A DNA stretch of 63,312 nt, counting the filler, from Candidatus Tectimicrobiota bacterium (GTDB lineage Bacteria; JACPSX01), in the NCBI GenBank assembly GCA_016193065.1. It is 5 parts of 5 records of this genome, joined end to end, with 100 filler letters (N's around TTAATTAATTAA, not from the genome) between each part and the next. Parts side by side here need not be neighbours in the genome. Positions count along the whole stretch, not along the records: positions 23,079 to 27,679 come from JACPSX010000184.1; positions 27,780 to 31,596 come from JACPSX010000218.1; positions 31,697 to 59,784 come from JACPSX010000219.1; 2 more parts are not named here. One strand, written 5' to 3'. Made by a program: the position numbers and the translations under genes. The notes under the pieces are model-generated. The model made no database searches. It saw only the letters and a list, made by a program, of their open reading frames with translations, and had not been told where the DNA came from. The number at the start of each line of letters is the position of its first letter. Position 1 is the stretch's first letter. Shown one piece after another: positions 23,672 to 32,728 of the stretch.

Positions 23672-24805
23672 ATGACGCAAGACCCTGAGGGGTTCCTGCC
23701 CATCATCCGACCGACGCTTCCATCCCTTGAGGAAGTTGCGAATACCGTTCGCTCCAGTTGGAGATCGGGTCTCGTAAGCCTCGGATCCATTGTGCAATCC
23801 TTCGAGGCGGAGGTCTCCGCGCGAACGGGTGCGCGGCATGCAGTCGCTGTCTCGTCATGCACGGCAGGCTTGATGCTCATCCCGCAGGCATTGGATCTTC
23901 CCAGGGGGAGCGAGGTCATCGTTCCCTCCTTCACCTTTGCAGCCACGGCGCAGGCTCTGGTGTGGAACGGCCTGGTGCCGGTATTCTGCGATTCTCTCCC
24001 GGGGACGTGCACCCTGGATCCCGAGGATGTGGAGCGGAACCTGTCGTCAAAAACTGCGGCCATTTGCCCCGTGTATACCTTCGGTCTGCCGCCGGATATT
24101 GACGAATTGACGGAAGTGGGAAGGCGGAAGGGCATCCCGGTGTACTTCGACACCGCTCAGGGCCTGGGCGCGACCTATGGGGGGAAACCTGCCGGGGGCT
24201 CGGGCATCTGCGAGGTCTTTTCCCTGAGTCCCACCAAGGTGGTCACAGCGATCGAGGGGGGGGTGATCACGACCGATGATGATGCGCTTGCCGACCGACT
24301 GCGGTCCTTGCGGGATTACGGGAAGGATCCTGAGGACGGGGAGGACATGATCCACCTGGGCCTGTCGGCTCGAATGGGTGAACTCAATGCCGCTGTGGGG
24401 CTCCTGTCTCTGCGGAACGTGGACGCCCTTGTCAAGTCGCGTCTGGAGCATATTGCACGGTATCGTGAGCGGCTCGGCTCGCTGCCAGGCTGCTGGGTTC
24501 AGGAGTTTCCAGAGGATCGCACGACGAGTGGCAACTACTTCGTCCTTTTCATCACGGACAGGGCCCGCCGGGACCGGGACGAGGTCCACCGCGCCCTCAA
24601 GGCCGCCGGGATTCAGACGAAGCGTTATTTCTTTCCTCCAGTGCACAGGCAGACGGTGTTTCAACGGGTCCCCATGCGGGTGAGTGACCGGATGCGGCAC
24701 ACCATGAAGGCGAGCGGGGAAGCGTTGGCGCTTCCTCTCTATTCGCATATGACGCACGAGGAGTGTGGGGCGATTTGCAACCACATCGAGAGGTTACTGG
24801 CATGA
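23672..24805 (+). CDS. DegT/DnrJ/EryC1/StrS PLP-dependent sugar aminotransferase
   Basis: AVSSCTAGL, VPSFTFAAT, DTAQGLG and FSLSPTKVVTAIEGG (PLP lysine). Confidence 0.93.
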   Translation: MTQDPEGFLPIIRPTLPSLEEVANTVRSSWRSGLVSLGSIVQSFEAEVSARTGARHAVAVSSCTAGLMLIPQALDLPRGSEVIVPSFTFAATAQALVWNGLVPVFCDSLPGTCTLDPEDVERNLSSKTAAICPVYTFGLPPDIDELTEVGRRKGIPVYFDTAQGLGATYGGKPAGGSGICEVFSLSPTKVVTAIEGGVITTDDDALADRLRSLRDYGKDPEDGEDMIHLGLSARMGELNAAVGLLSLRNVDALVKSRLEHIARYRERLGSLPGCWVQEFPEDRTTSGNYFVLFITDRARRDRDEVHRALKAAGIQTKRYFFPPVHRQTVFQRVPMRVSDRMRHTMKASGEALALPLYSHMTHEECGAICNHIERLLA

Positions 24806-26805
24806 GGCATCCGAAACCGCGCACGATCGCGATCATCCTCAAGTACCGTCGTGCCCTGATAATTTTTGTCCAGGCGGTCTTCATGGTGATCGCCAATTAC
24901 CTGGCCTTCTGGCTGCGGTTCGATGGAGCCATCCCGGATAACTATGCGCAATTGCTCATCCGGATGCTTCCGTGGCTTCTGGCGGTCCGACAGATTGCGT
25001 TCATTCCGTTTCGGCTGTACGAAGGCCTCTGGCGCTATACGAGCATCTGGGACCTGCGGAATATCATCGCCGGCGTCCTGTCCAGCTCGGCGGTGTTCTA
25101 TCTGCTGGTTCATTGGGGCTTCGGCCTGACCCAGTATCCGCGGTCGGTCTTCATCATTGACTCCGTTCTGCTGATCCTTTTCCTGGGTGGAGTCCGCCTG
25201 GCCCGCCGAATCTATCGAGAGCTGGGACATCTTGAAAAGGGAAGGCGCATCTTGATCTTCGGCGCAGGCGATGCCGGAGAGATGATCGCTCGCGACATGA
25301 AGAACAGCCCTCACCTCGACTTCGAGCCGGTCGGCTTCGTGGATGACGATGCGACCAAGGTGGGCCATCGAATTCATGGAGTCCGCGTGCTGGGGACGCG
25401 ACAGGATCTCCCCACGGTCATGTCCACCGCAAAGCCCCACGAGGTGCTGGTAGCCATTCCCGGCGCGGAGCCGGCGACGATCCGGGGAATCGTGAAAGCC
25501 CTGCAGCCATTCAAGGTGCCGATCAGGACGGTGCCGAGCATGCGGGACATCCTGGACGGGAAGGTCGCCTTGGGCCAGGTCCGGAACCTCGCGATTGAAG
25601 ATTTGCTGTCGCGCGCACCGGTGGGGTTGGATCCTGAGCCCGTGCGGCATCTTGTAACGGGGAAACGGATCCTCGTGACTGGTGCGGGAGGATCTATCGG
25701 CTCAGAGCTGTGCCGGCAGATTGCGGCGTTGCAGCCCAGTGCCTTGATTCTCTACGAACGATACGAAAACGGCCTGTATTCGATCTCCACCGAACTGAGT
25801 GACCGGGACCCGTCTCTGGTCATACATTCCGTCGTCGGCGATGTGACCGATTCGATTACGGTGAACCGTGTGATGGCGGAGTACCGGCCGGAAATTGTCT
25901 TTCACGCGGCGGCTCACAAACACGTGCCGTTGATGGAGCTGAACCCGTGCGAAGCGGTCAAGAACAATGTCGTCGGGACGCGCACGGTCGCGGAAGCTGC
26001 TGCGGCACACCGCGTCGAGCGGTTCATATTGATTTCCAGTGACAAGGCGGTCAACCCATCGAGTATCATGGGAGCCAGCAAGCGGGTAGCCGAATACATC
26101 GTGCAGGCCTTCAACTTCCAGATTGAGACGCGGTTTGTGGTTGTTCGGTTCGGGAACGTCCTGGGGAGCAGCGGAAGCGTGGTGCCGAGGTTCATGGAGC
26201 AGATCAAGGCCGGGGGTCCGGTGACCGTAACGCATCCCGAGGTGTATCGGTATTTCATGCTGACCTCCGAGGCGGTGCAACTGGTCCTTCACGCGGCTAC
26301 TCAACGGCTGACGGGCGTGATCTACGTTCTTGACATGGGCGAGCCGATCAACGTACTGGAAATGGCCCGAAATCTGATCCGGCTATCCGGCTTTGTTCCG
26401 GAGGAGGAAATCCCGATTACGATTGTGGGACTACGCCCGGGCGAGAAACTTTTTGAGGAACTGGTCGGAACCGACGAGATCGCAGAGCCGTCAGGGATGG
26501 AGGGGATCCTGAGAGTTCGGCCGGTGTCCTCACCGAATCCGGGACTCCTCATGCAAAAGATCTCCACGCTGGAACAGCTCGCTGCTGAGGGGAAGCCCAA
26601 GGCTGTCACCGAGCAATTGTTTGACATCGTGCCGACGTTGCTCTTCCGGCACGGAGAACGACGGCGTCGGCCGCCCCGGTACCGAACCATGCTGGTCCGA
26701 AACACTTTGCCCCTGCTGGAGCGATGTGAAACCGTAGCCCCATTGGCGGAGCGCCGTGAATGGCGTGGGCGAAGTGGTGGTCCGAGAGACGGATCCATTT
26801 CGTGA
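24802..26805 (+). CDS. CapD/PglF/WbpM-like nucleoside-diphosphate sugar 4,6-dehydratase
   Basis: Four N-terminal TM helices, GAGDAG, TGAGGSIGSEL, HAAAHKHVP, MGASKR, RFGNVLGS; ATGA overlap with the upstream stop. Confidence 0.94.
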   Translation: MRHPKPRTIAIILKYRRALIIFVQAVFMVIANYLAFWLRFDGAIPDNYAQLLIRMLPWLLAVRQIAFIPFRLYEGLWRYTSIWDLRNIIAGVLSSSAVFYLLVHWGFGLTQYPRSVFIIDSVLLILFLGGVRLARRIYRELGHLEKGRRILIFGAGDAGEMIARDMKNSPHLDFEPVGFVDDDATKVGHRIHGVRVLGTRQDLPTVMSTAKPHEVLVAIPGAEPATIRGIVKALQPFKVPIRTVPSMRDILDGKVALGQVRNLAIEDLLSRAPVGLDPEPVRHLVTGKRILVTGAGGSIGSELCRQIAALQPSALILYERYENGLYSISTELSDRDPSLVIHSVVGDVTDSITVNRVMAEYRPEIVFHAAAHKHVPLMELNPCEAVKNNVVGTRTVAEAAAAHRVERFILISSDKAVNPSSIMGASKRVAEYIVQAFNFQIETRFVVVRFGNVLGSSGSVVPRFMEQIKAGGPVTVTHPEVYRYFMLTSEAVQLVLHAATQRLTGVIYVLDMGEPINVLEMARNLIRLSGFVPEEEIPITIVGLRPGEKLFEELVGTDEIAEPSGMEGILRVRPVSSPNPGLLMQKISTLEQLAAEGKPKAVTEQLFDIVPTLLFRHGERRRRPPRYRTMLVRNTLPLLERCETVAPLAERREWRGRSGGPRDGSIS

Positions 26806-27214
26806 CCCGAATCTGGTAGAGGTGAGCGGTTCGCCGAGTTGGTCAGGATCGGCGAAGATCTTTATCGAGCCGAGAGCTGCGAAACGTGAGGACGTGACAC
26901 GTGAAGAGGTGAAACGTGAAGTCACAACGGGGAAGCTGGTGACACCTGCAGACAAATCCGAAATCAGAAATCCGAAATCCGAAATTGCGCAGAGGATGGT
27001 GGTGGGCGAGGTCATGGCGACCAAACCGGCCTGGAAGCGGCGCCGCTCCAGCGAGACCGACGACGAATTACTCCAATGGCTCGCGGATGGACTCGGGAAA
27101 TGGATCGCCGCAAAGCAAAAAGTCACAGGAAAGCTGCCGCCTGCCTCAATCCTTCCGGAAGATTGGAGCGTAGGAAATCTCGAAGACGAGAAGATCCAGA
27201 GGCAAGAAAGCTAA
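26756..27214 (+). CDS. Possible hypothetical protein, largely encoded by repeat arrays
   Basis: 152-aa ORF from GTG; no recognised motif; contains two heptamer arrays. Confidence 0.25.
   Translation: MNGVGEVVVRETDPFRDPNLVEVSGSPSWSGSAKIFIEPRAAKREDVTREEVKREVTTGKLVTPADKSEIRNPKSEIAQRMVVGEVMATKPAWKRRRSSETDDELLQWLADGLGKWIAAKQKVTGKLPPASILPEDWSVGNLEDEKIQRQES
26881..26985 (+). repeat. Two heptamer arrays: about 5 x nACGTGA (26881-26920) and (AAATCCG)4-like (26954-26985)
   Basis: Read directly; the second is the reverse complement of the GATTTCG array at 23184. Confidence 0.88.
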
Positions 27215-27371
27215 CCAGCAAGATGTAATCCAATTCTGGATGAATCAGAAGCTGGGAGGGGGCAGCCTTCCCGGCTTTTTCGCGTTCAAGCCAGGTTCGA
27301 TGTGAGGCGGGCGAGTGGGGGGCGGGGCTGGGGAAGTAGGTTGCCGAATGAATGAAGCCGCCAGGCATAAG

Positions 27372-27452
27372 GGCGTAAGGCGTGAGGGGTGAGGCGAGGG
27401 GCGTGGGGAAGCTGGAAGGCGGGAAAGCTAGCAGGCTGGAAGGCTTCAAGCT
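27372..27452 (+). repeat. Heptamer array (GGCGTGA-like x5) followed by an octamer array (GGAAGGCT-like x6)
   Basis: GGCGTAA GGCGTGA GGGGTGA GGCGAGG GGCGTGG, then GGGAAGCT GGAAGGCG GGAAAGCT AGCAGGCT GGAAGGCT TCAAGCT. Confidence 0.85.
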
Positions 27453-27502
27453 GGCAGACCGAGAACGCAGAGGAGTAGCGCCTGAGGCGGGGAGGAACGC
27501 AG

Positions 27503-27679
27503 ATGGCAAGGATGAGCAATGGAGCTGAACGGTACAAGAAATTGGAGGTATGGCGGCTTGCAGACTCCTTCTTGGATACCTTTCAGAGCAGAAATATGAT
27601 GAGCTGGAGTCCCGGGCCGCCGACCTCGGAGGGAAGTTGTGGAGGTTCTATGACAAGGTACGAGGGGGGACGAAGCGTC
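27503..27679 (+). pseudogene. Four-helix-bundle (23S IVS protein / S23-like) gene with an internal deletion
   Basis: N-terminus ERYKKLEVWRLAD joined out of frame to C-terminus LGYLSEQKYDELESRAADLGGKLWRF; both ends are typical of the family and the middle helices are missing; GGAGGA RBS. Confidence 0.72.
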
Positions 27680-27779
27680 NNNNNNNNNNNNNNNNNNNNN
27701 NNNNNNNNNNNNNNNNNNNNNNNTTAATTAATTAANNNNNNNNNNNNNNNNNNNNNNNNNNNNNNNNNNNNNNNNNNNN
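27680..27779. other. Artificial contig linker
   Basis: N run with TTAATTAATTAA. Confidence 0.98.
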
Positions 27780-27816
27780 CCTCCCCCTTGAAGGGGGAGG
27801 GGAGGGTGGGGGTTGA
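27780..27816. repeat. REP-like GC hairpin repeat (same family as 30598-30688), at the contig edge
   Basis: CCTCCCCCTTGAAGGGGGAGG hairpin followed by GGAGGGTGGGGG. Confidence 0.7.
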
Positions 27817-27862
27817 CAAAGTTTGTCAGTTGAAGGGTAAACCGTTTGACAAAAATTGTCAA
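27814..27862. promoter_or_regulatory. Tandem palindromic sites, candidate enhancer (UAS) for a PilR-like sigma54 activator
   Basis: TGACAAAGTTTGTCA 27814-27828 and TGACAAAAATTGTCA 27847-27861, 33 bp apart, about 105-155 bp upstream of the sigma54 promoter. Confidence 0.65.
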
Positions 27863-27966
27863 TTCTGAAGGCAAATTCAGGTCCTCTCAGGGGGAAAAAC
27901 GCCTTAAGTTTTTCTAAGCTTTGTCGTTAGAACGCCTTGTGGGGAGTGATGGGGATCACAGAGAAC

Positions 27967-27982
27967 TGGCATGAGGGTTGCT
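27967..27982 (+). promoter_or_regulatory. sigma54 (-24/-12) promoter of pilA
   Basis: TGGCATGAGGGTTGCT, exact GG-N10-GC spacing. Confidence 0.82.
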
Positions 27983-28134
27983 GTCTTACGGGGCGTCTCC
28001 CGAAAGAGAGCATTTTCGAAAGGGGGTAAACGGCGGACCAGGTAGGGACTCGGAGCTAAGGCATCATCCGTTCCTCTTCCGTTGGGGGAGGGGGCGGTGT
28101 CGAGAGGGTTTTCAAACAAGAGGAGATGGACAGC

Positions 28135-28677
28135 ATGTTGTGCAAGATGAGAAAAGCAATGTCGGGCGAGAAAGGTTTTACCCTGATCGAGCTCATGATC
28201 GTCGTGGCGATCATCGGTATTTTGGCGGCCATCGCGATCCCCAACTTCCTGCGCTACCAGTTGAAGGCCAAGACCGCCGAGGCCAAGGTGAACCTGGGGG
28301 CGATCAAGACCTCTGAGGAATCGTACCGGGCTGAAAACGATATCTACTTCCCGGCTGCGGCTTCTCCTGCTGTGGCTGGTGTGGATACGGCCAAGCTCGC
28401 CTTCGTCACGAACGCTGGGTTTACAGCCATCGGCTTTGCCCCTTCGGGCAACGTTTATTACTCCTATGCCGTGGATAGCGCCGCAGCGTCCCAGGCTGCG
28501 CTGGCAGACGGTGGCGGCTTTGCGGCCGCGACAGGGGCAGGGGGCACGACAGCTCCACTCCTGGGTTATACGGCGACCGCCACGGGTGACCTGGACGGTG
28601 ATAACGCGAACCAGATCTATGGCCTGACGAATGGAGGCGCCAACGTGGCGCGCTCTGGCGCAGCGAACGTGTTCTAG
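28135..28677 (+). CDS. pilA: Type IV major pilin
   Basis: Prepilin cleavage site KG/FTLIELMIVVAIIGILAAIAIPNF (F1 at 28177); C-terminal GDLDGD motif; start at 28126 or 28135. Confidence 0.93.
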   Translation: MLCKMRKAMSGEKGFTLIELMIVVAIIGILAAIAIPNFLRYQLKAKTAEAKVNLGAIKTSEESYRAENDIYFPAAASPAVAGVDTAKLAFVTNAGFTAIGFAPSGNVYYSYAVDSAAASQAALADGGGFAAATGAGGTTAPLLGYTATATGDLDGDNANQIYGLTNGGANVARSGAANVF

Positions 28678-28691
28678 AACGTGCTCAACTA

Positions 28692-28728
28692 GGGCCGCTC
28701 ACGTCCTGTGGGCGGCCTTTGGTTTCTT
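28692..28728 (+). terminator. Rho-independent terminator after pilA
   Basis: GGCCGCTCAC-GTCCT-GTGGGCGGCC stem followed by TTTGGTTTCTT. Confidence 0.7.
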
Positions 28729-29657
28729 TGGCCTTGAAATCAGCCCTCCTACAGAAGACAAATCTCCTGCTAATCGGACTCCTCATGGTGCTGGCGGCGG
28801 GGACCTACGGGATTCAGAAAAACCTGGAGGTTTTTCACGCGCGGGCGCGGAAAATCGAGGATCTCAAATACCTCCCCTCGGGAAAATTTCTAAAGCCGGC
28901 TTCTCTGGGCTATCAAAACCTGCTGGCCAGTATGTTCTGGGTCAAGACCGTGGGGTATTTCGGCAGCCACGTTTTGACCGACCGGCAGTACCCCTACCTC
29001 TACCAGCTCGTGGATGTGGTCACCACTCTGGATCCTCTTTTTGAGTACCCTTACGAGTTTGGCGGCATCGTGTTGGCGCTGGAGGTGGGACATTTGCAGC
29101 TCTCCGATGCCGTTTTGCGCAAAGGCCTGGGGAACGTGCAGCAGAGTCACCCCCGCTACTGGTATCTCCCGTTTTTCCTGGGGTTCAATTCCATGTTTTA
29201 CCGGCGCGACTTCCAGACCGCGGCTCGCTACATGGAGATGGCAGCCCGTCACCCGGGCCGTCCGGAATACCTTCCGTTGCTTGTAGCCAAGCTGTACGCC
29301 AAGGCGTACGAGCCCGCCGTGGGGCTGCAGTTTCTGGAGGAAATGTACCGCTCCACGGAAAACCGTGAGCTCAAAGAGCGGATTGCCCAGCGGATTCGGG
29401 AGGTCATCGTGGATCGCGACATCCAGCTTCTCGAGAAGTCCCGGGACGAGTACAAGAAAACCAGGGGCGCTTTTCCTGAGAGCCTGCAGGCGCTGGTTCA
29501 GGCGGGGATCATCCCCGCGATTCCGAGGGAACCGTTTGGAGGACGTTATCAGATCAATGCCCGGACCGGGGAGGTTTTCAGCACGAAATTCAAGGAGCGT
29601 CTGCAGATCTACCTTCCCGGGGAACCGGGCCGCCGGGAGGGAGTCGGGAAACCATGA
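28719..29657 (+). CDS. Pilus-associated membrane-anchored helical-repeat protein (PilG/XapA-like by position)
   Basis: N-terminal TM, TTLDPLFEYPY, helical repeats and EPFGGRY; between pilA and the ABC exporter; start uncertain. Confidence 0.65.
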   Translation: MVSLALKSALLQKTNLLLIGLLMVLAAGTYGIQKNLEVFHARARKIEDLKYLPSGKFLKPASLGYQNLLASMFWVKTVGYFGSHVLTDRQYPYLYQLVDVVTTLDPLFEYPYEFGGIVLALEVGHLQLSDAVLRKGLGNVQQSHPRYWYLPFFLGFNSMFYRRDFQTAARYMEMAARHPGRPEYLPLLVAKLYAKAYEPAVGLQFLEEMYRSTENRELKERIAQRIREVIVDRDIQLLEKSRDEYKKTRGAFPESLQALVQAGIIPAIPREPFGGRYQINARTGEVFSTKFKERLQIYLPGEPGRREGVGKP

Positions 29658-30562
29658 GTGCAATCCAGGTGGAAAATTTTTCCAAAGAGTTCCGGGTGGG
29701 CTTCCAGATGCGCCGCCTCATGGCCGTCAAGGACCTTTCCTTCACGGTGGAAGAGGGGGAGATCTTCGGGTTCATCGGTCCCAACGGCGCCGGCAAGACG
29801 ACCACACTGAAAGCCCTCGTGGGGCTCCTCTCTCCTACCCGGGGCCGACTCCTGATTTTCGACCGTGACGTCCGCCAGGCGGCCAGCCGGCAAACGCTGG
29901 GCTTCCTTCCGGAGGAGCCTTATTTTTACCGGTATTTAAAAGGGCGGGAGTTTCTCGATTTTTGCGGCCAGTTTTTTGGTCTGCCTTTCCCTTTCCGGCG
30001 CCGCCGCATTGAGGAGATGCTCGATCTGGTGGGGATGAAGGAAGCGGCCGATCTCCCCCTGCGGAAATATTCCAAAGGGATGCTGCAGCGGATCGGCCTA
30101 GCCCAGGCTCTCATCAACGATCCCAATCTAGTGATCCTGGATGAGCCCATGTCGGGGCTCGACCCCGTGGGCCGCAGCCAGATCCGCCGGATCATCCTCC
30201 AGCTCAAGGAACAGGGGAAGACGGTGCTGTTTTCTTCTCATATTCTTTCCGATGTGGAGATGATCTGTGACCGGGTGGCCCTGATCGTGCGTGGAGAGCT
30301 GCGCCAGTTGGGAGCCCTGAGCTCGTTTACCCCGGGCCAGACCCGCCGCATTGAAATTGCTGCCGACCGGGTTGATGTGGAACGGATGAGGCAAGCGGGG
30401 TTTCCCGCCGTGGAGCGGGATGGCGCCCTTTTCATCCAGGTGGAGTCGGAGGACTCCAGGGACCGGGCCATCGCGGAGGTTCTGGCGCAGAAGGGCCGGA
30501 TTCTCTCCGTGGTTCCCCAGCGGGAGAGCCTGGAAGAGGTCTTTGCCCGGGAGATTCGCTAG
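29654..30562 (+). CDS. ABC transporter ATP-binding protein (PilH/XapD-like)
   Basis: GPNGAGKTT, YSKGMLQR, ILDEPMSGLD and SSH motifs. Confidence 0.92.
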   Translation: MSAIQVENFSKEFRVGFQMRRLMAVKDLSFTVEEGEIFGFIGPNGAGKTTTLKALVGLLSPTRGRLLIFDRDVRQAASRQTLGFLPEEPYFYRYLKGREFLDFCGQFFGLPFPFRRRRIEEMLDLVGMKEAADLPLRKYSKGMLQRIGLAQALINDPNLVILDEPMSGLDPVGRSQIRRIILQLKEQGKTVLFSSHILSDVEMICDRVALIVRGELRQLGALSSFTPGQTRRIEIAADRVDVERMRQAGFPAVERDGALFIQVESEDSRDRAIAEVLAQKGRILSVVPQRESLEEVFAREIR

Positions 30563-30597
30563 CGATGAATCTCTTCTACGCGACGACTGCTCCGTTG

Positions 30598-30688
30598 CCC
30601 CCTCACCCCGGCCCTCTTCCCCGGTGGGGGAGAGGGAGAAGAATAGGGATCCCCTCTCCCTTGAGGGAGAGGGAAAGGGTGAGGGTGA
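30598..30688. repeat. Inverted pair of REP-like GC hairpin repeats
   Basis: CCCCCTCACCCCGGCCCTCTTCCCCGGTGGGGGAGAGGGAG and the oppositely oriented TCCCCTCTCCCTTGAGGGAGAGGGAAAGGGTGAGGGTGA. Confidence 0.8.
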
Positions 30689-30704
30689 TCAGAGGTTGCG
30701 AGTC

Positions 30705-31469
30705 ATGAAGATCATCGCAATTGCAGTGAACACGTTTCGGGAAGCGGTGCGCGATAAGATCCTCTACAGCCTCCTCTTCTTTGCTCTGGTCATGATGAGC
30801 CTGTCCGTGATCCTGGGAAACTTGACGATCGGCGAGCAGATCAAGATCATCGAGGACTTCGGTTTGGGAACGATCTCCCTCTTCGGGGTCTTGATTGCGG
30901 TTTTTGTCGGGGTGGGATTGGTGTACAAGGAGATCGAGCGGCGGACGATCTACACCATCTTGTCCAAGCCGATCCCCCGCTGGGTTTTTCTGCTGGGAAA
31001 ATACGGCGGTCTCCTTCTGACCCTCCTCGTGGAAGTCTCCGTGATGGCGGCGTTTTTTGTCCTTCTGGTTCTCTACTACGGCGTGGGGTTTGACTTTGCC
31101 CTCCTCAAGGCCATCGGGCTCATTTATCTGGAGCTGGCCCTGATTACCGCCGTGGCCCTGTTTTTCTCGGCCTTTACCACTCCCACCTTGAGCGGGCTGT
31201 TTGCCCTGGGGATCTTCGTGATCGGCCACCTGAGCTCGGATCTGAAGATTTTCGGCCAGGGGGCCCAAGACCCGTTCATCTCCGGGCTCACCAGCTTCCT
31301 CTATTATCTGCTGCCGAACCTGGAGAACTTCAACATCAAGGGGCAGGTGGTCCACGGCATCCCGGTCCCGTGGGAATTCATCGGGTGGTCCACGCTGTAC
31401 GGGCTCCTATACATCACCGGCACCCTGCTGTTGACCGTTCTGGTCTTCCAGCGCCGGGATTTCCGCTGA
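30705..31469 (+). CDS. ABC-2 type permease (PilI/XapB-like)
   Basis: NTFREAVRDK, EIERRTIYTILSKP, six TM helices, ends FQRRDF. Confidence 0.9.
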   Translation: MKIIAIAVNTFREAVRDKILYSLLFFALVMMSLSVILGNLTIGEQIKIIEDFGLGTISLFGVLIAVFVGVGLVYKEIERRTIYTILSKPIPRWVFLLGKYGGLLLTLLVEVSVMAAFFVLLVLYYGVGFDFALLKAIGLIYLELALITAVALFFSAFTTPTLSGLFALGIFVIGHLSSDLKIFGQGAQDPFISGLTSFLYYLLPNLENFNIKGQVVHGIPVPWEFIGWSTLYGLLYITGTLLLTVLVFQRRDFR

Positions 31470-31536
31470 TGCGGTTTGTCTTTCGCTTGCCATATTCCGA
31501 TAAGCATTTCACGGGCTTGTGGGAGGAAATCTTTGC

Positions 31537-31596
31537 ATGAGGATGCGAGGGCAGCAAACCTCCTCAGGGGAGAGAGGGTTTACCCTGATCGAGCTC
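31537..31596 (+). CDS. Second prepilin-type gene, 5' end only (contig end)
   Basis: MRMRGQQTSSGERG/FTLIEL, preceded by GGGAGG. Confidence 0.75.
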
Positions 31597-31696
31597 NNNN
31601 NNNNNNNNNNNNNNNNNNNNNNNNNNNNNNNNNNNNNNNNTTAATTAATTAANNNNNNNNNNNNNNNNNNNNNNNNNNNNNNNNNNNNNNNNNNNN
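31597..31696. other. Artificial contig linker
   Basis: N run with TTAATTAATTAA. Confidence 0.98.
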
Positions 31697-32629
31697 ATTG
31701 GCCCCCGTGGCCTGGACATAGATTTCCTGCCCCTCGTAGCTCAGAATCCAGTTCACGTAGAGCTTGGCGGCAAAGGGGTGCGCCGCCTTCTTTAGAATCT
31801 GGATGTTCCCCAAACCCACGGGCAGAGGCTCAACGGCAAAGAAGTCAACAGGTCCCCCCTGCTTGGCGACCCCGTAGACGTTGTACTCCGAAAGCGGTAT
31901 GGCAATCTTGAACTCCCCCGCAGCCAGCAACACGACCGCTGCATCAGCCCCCTCGGTGCGGAACTGGGCCTTATTCCTGGCAAAGCCCGCCATGAGCTTT
32001 GTGGTCCTCTCAGCACCCAGGCTGTTCCACAGGGGATTGAGCCAGACGCCGGCGGTAATACTGTTAAACGCTACCTGGCCGCTCCACTTGGGGTCCAGAA
32101 GGTCCTCCCAGGTCTTGGGCAGGTCCTTCTTGGAGACGAGGTTCGTGTTGTAACCCAGGCTGTAATAGCGCTTACGAAAAGCGATGGACGTAGTGCCGTA
32201 TTTCAGATCACCGGAATAGGTCCGCCAGGCGGGCAGATCGGTCAATTCGGCCAGTGCCTGGGCATCTAAATAGTTCTTCAGGGCTCCGCCGATTCCCGTG
32301 ACAATGTCTGCGATGGGTGCTCCCTGGCGGGCGGTAAAAAGAAGCTTCTGGTAGCGCACCTCGGTGGAGGCTAATGTGTAATCGACCTTCACGAACGGGT
32401 ATCTTTGGTTAAACGCCTTGAGAACCTCCGCGTGCTCCCGGACAGTATCCGTGGAGTACACGCTGACTTTCCCCTCTGCTCTAGCCTTCTCCAGCCAATC
32501 CTTGGGAACCGCCAGCTCGGCGTCAACTCCCTCCGCTCCCGCCGCGGCGACTGTCCTCTCCGCCGATGTCAGGAGCAATAAAGGAGCAATGACCGCCACC
32601 AGGATAGCTGCCATCTTGTTTGTCTTCAC
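31697..32629 (-). CDS. ABC substrate-binding protein (FbpA/PotD-like), 3' truncated; close paralogue of 43890-44990
   Basis: Signal peptide, ARAEGKVSVYS, YNTNLV...PKTWEDLLDPKW, AAHPFAAKLYVNW. Confidence 0.9.
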
Positions 32630-32728
32630 CGTGCTCCCTCCAATCCCTTTTTCTCCTCGCGGGCCAGGAGCGACGAGAGCCTCGCGTCTCTCTCTCCAAC
32701 CAGTGCCACCTGTCTCAGAGAACTGCCT

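Noticed and set aside
27503-27679. Diversity-generating retroelement (Avd-like four-helix bundle)
   Set aside because: No reverse transcriptase and no TR/VR pair with adenine-specific mismatches seen; the paralogue pairs in contig 4 differ at all base types.
28024-28070. c-di-GMP-I (GEMM)-like string GGGTAAAC...GGGACTCGGAGCTAAGG in the pilA leader
   Set aside because: No GNRA-capped P2 stem and no GCAAA junction; resemblance is superficial. A cmscan would settle it.
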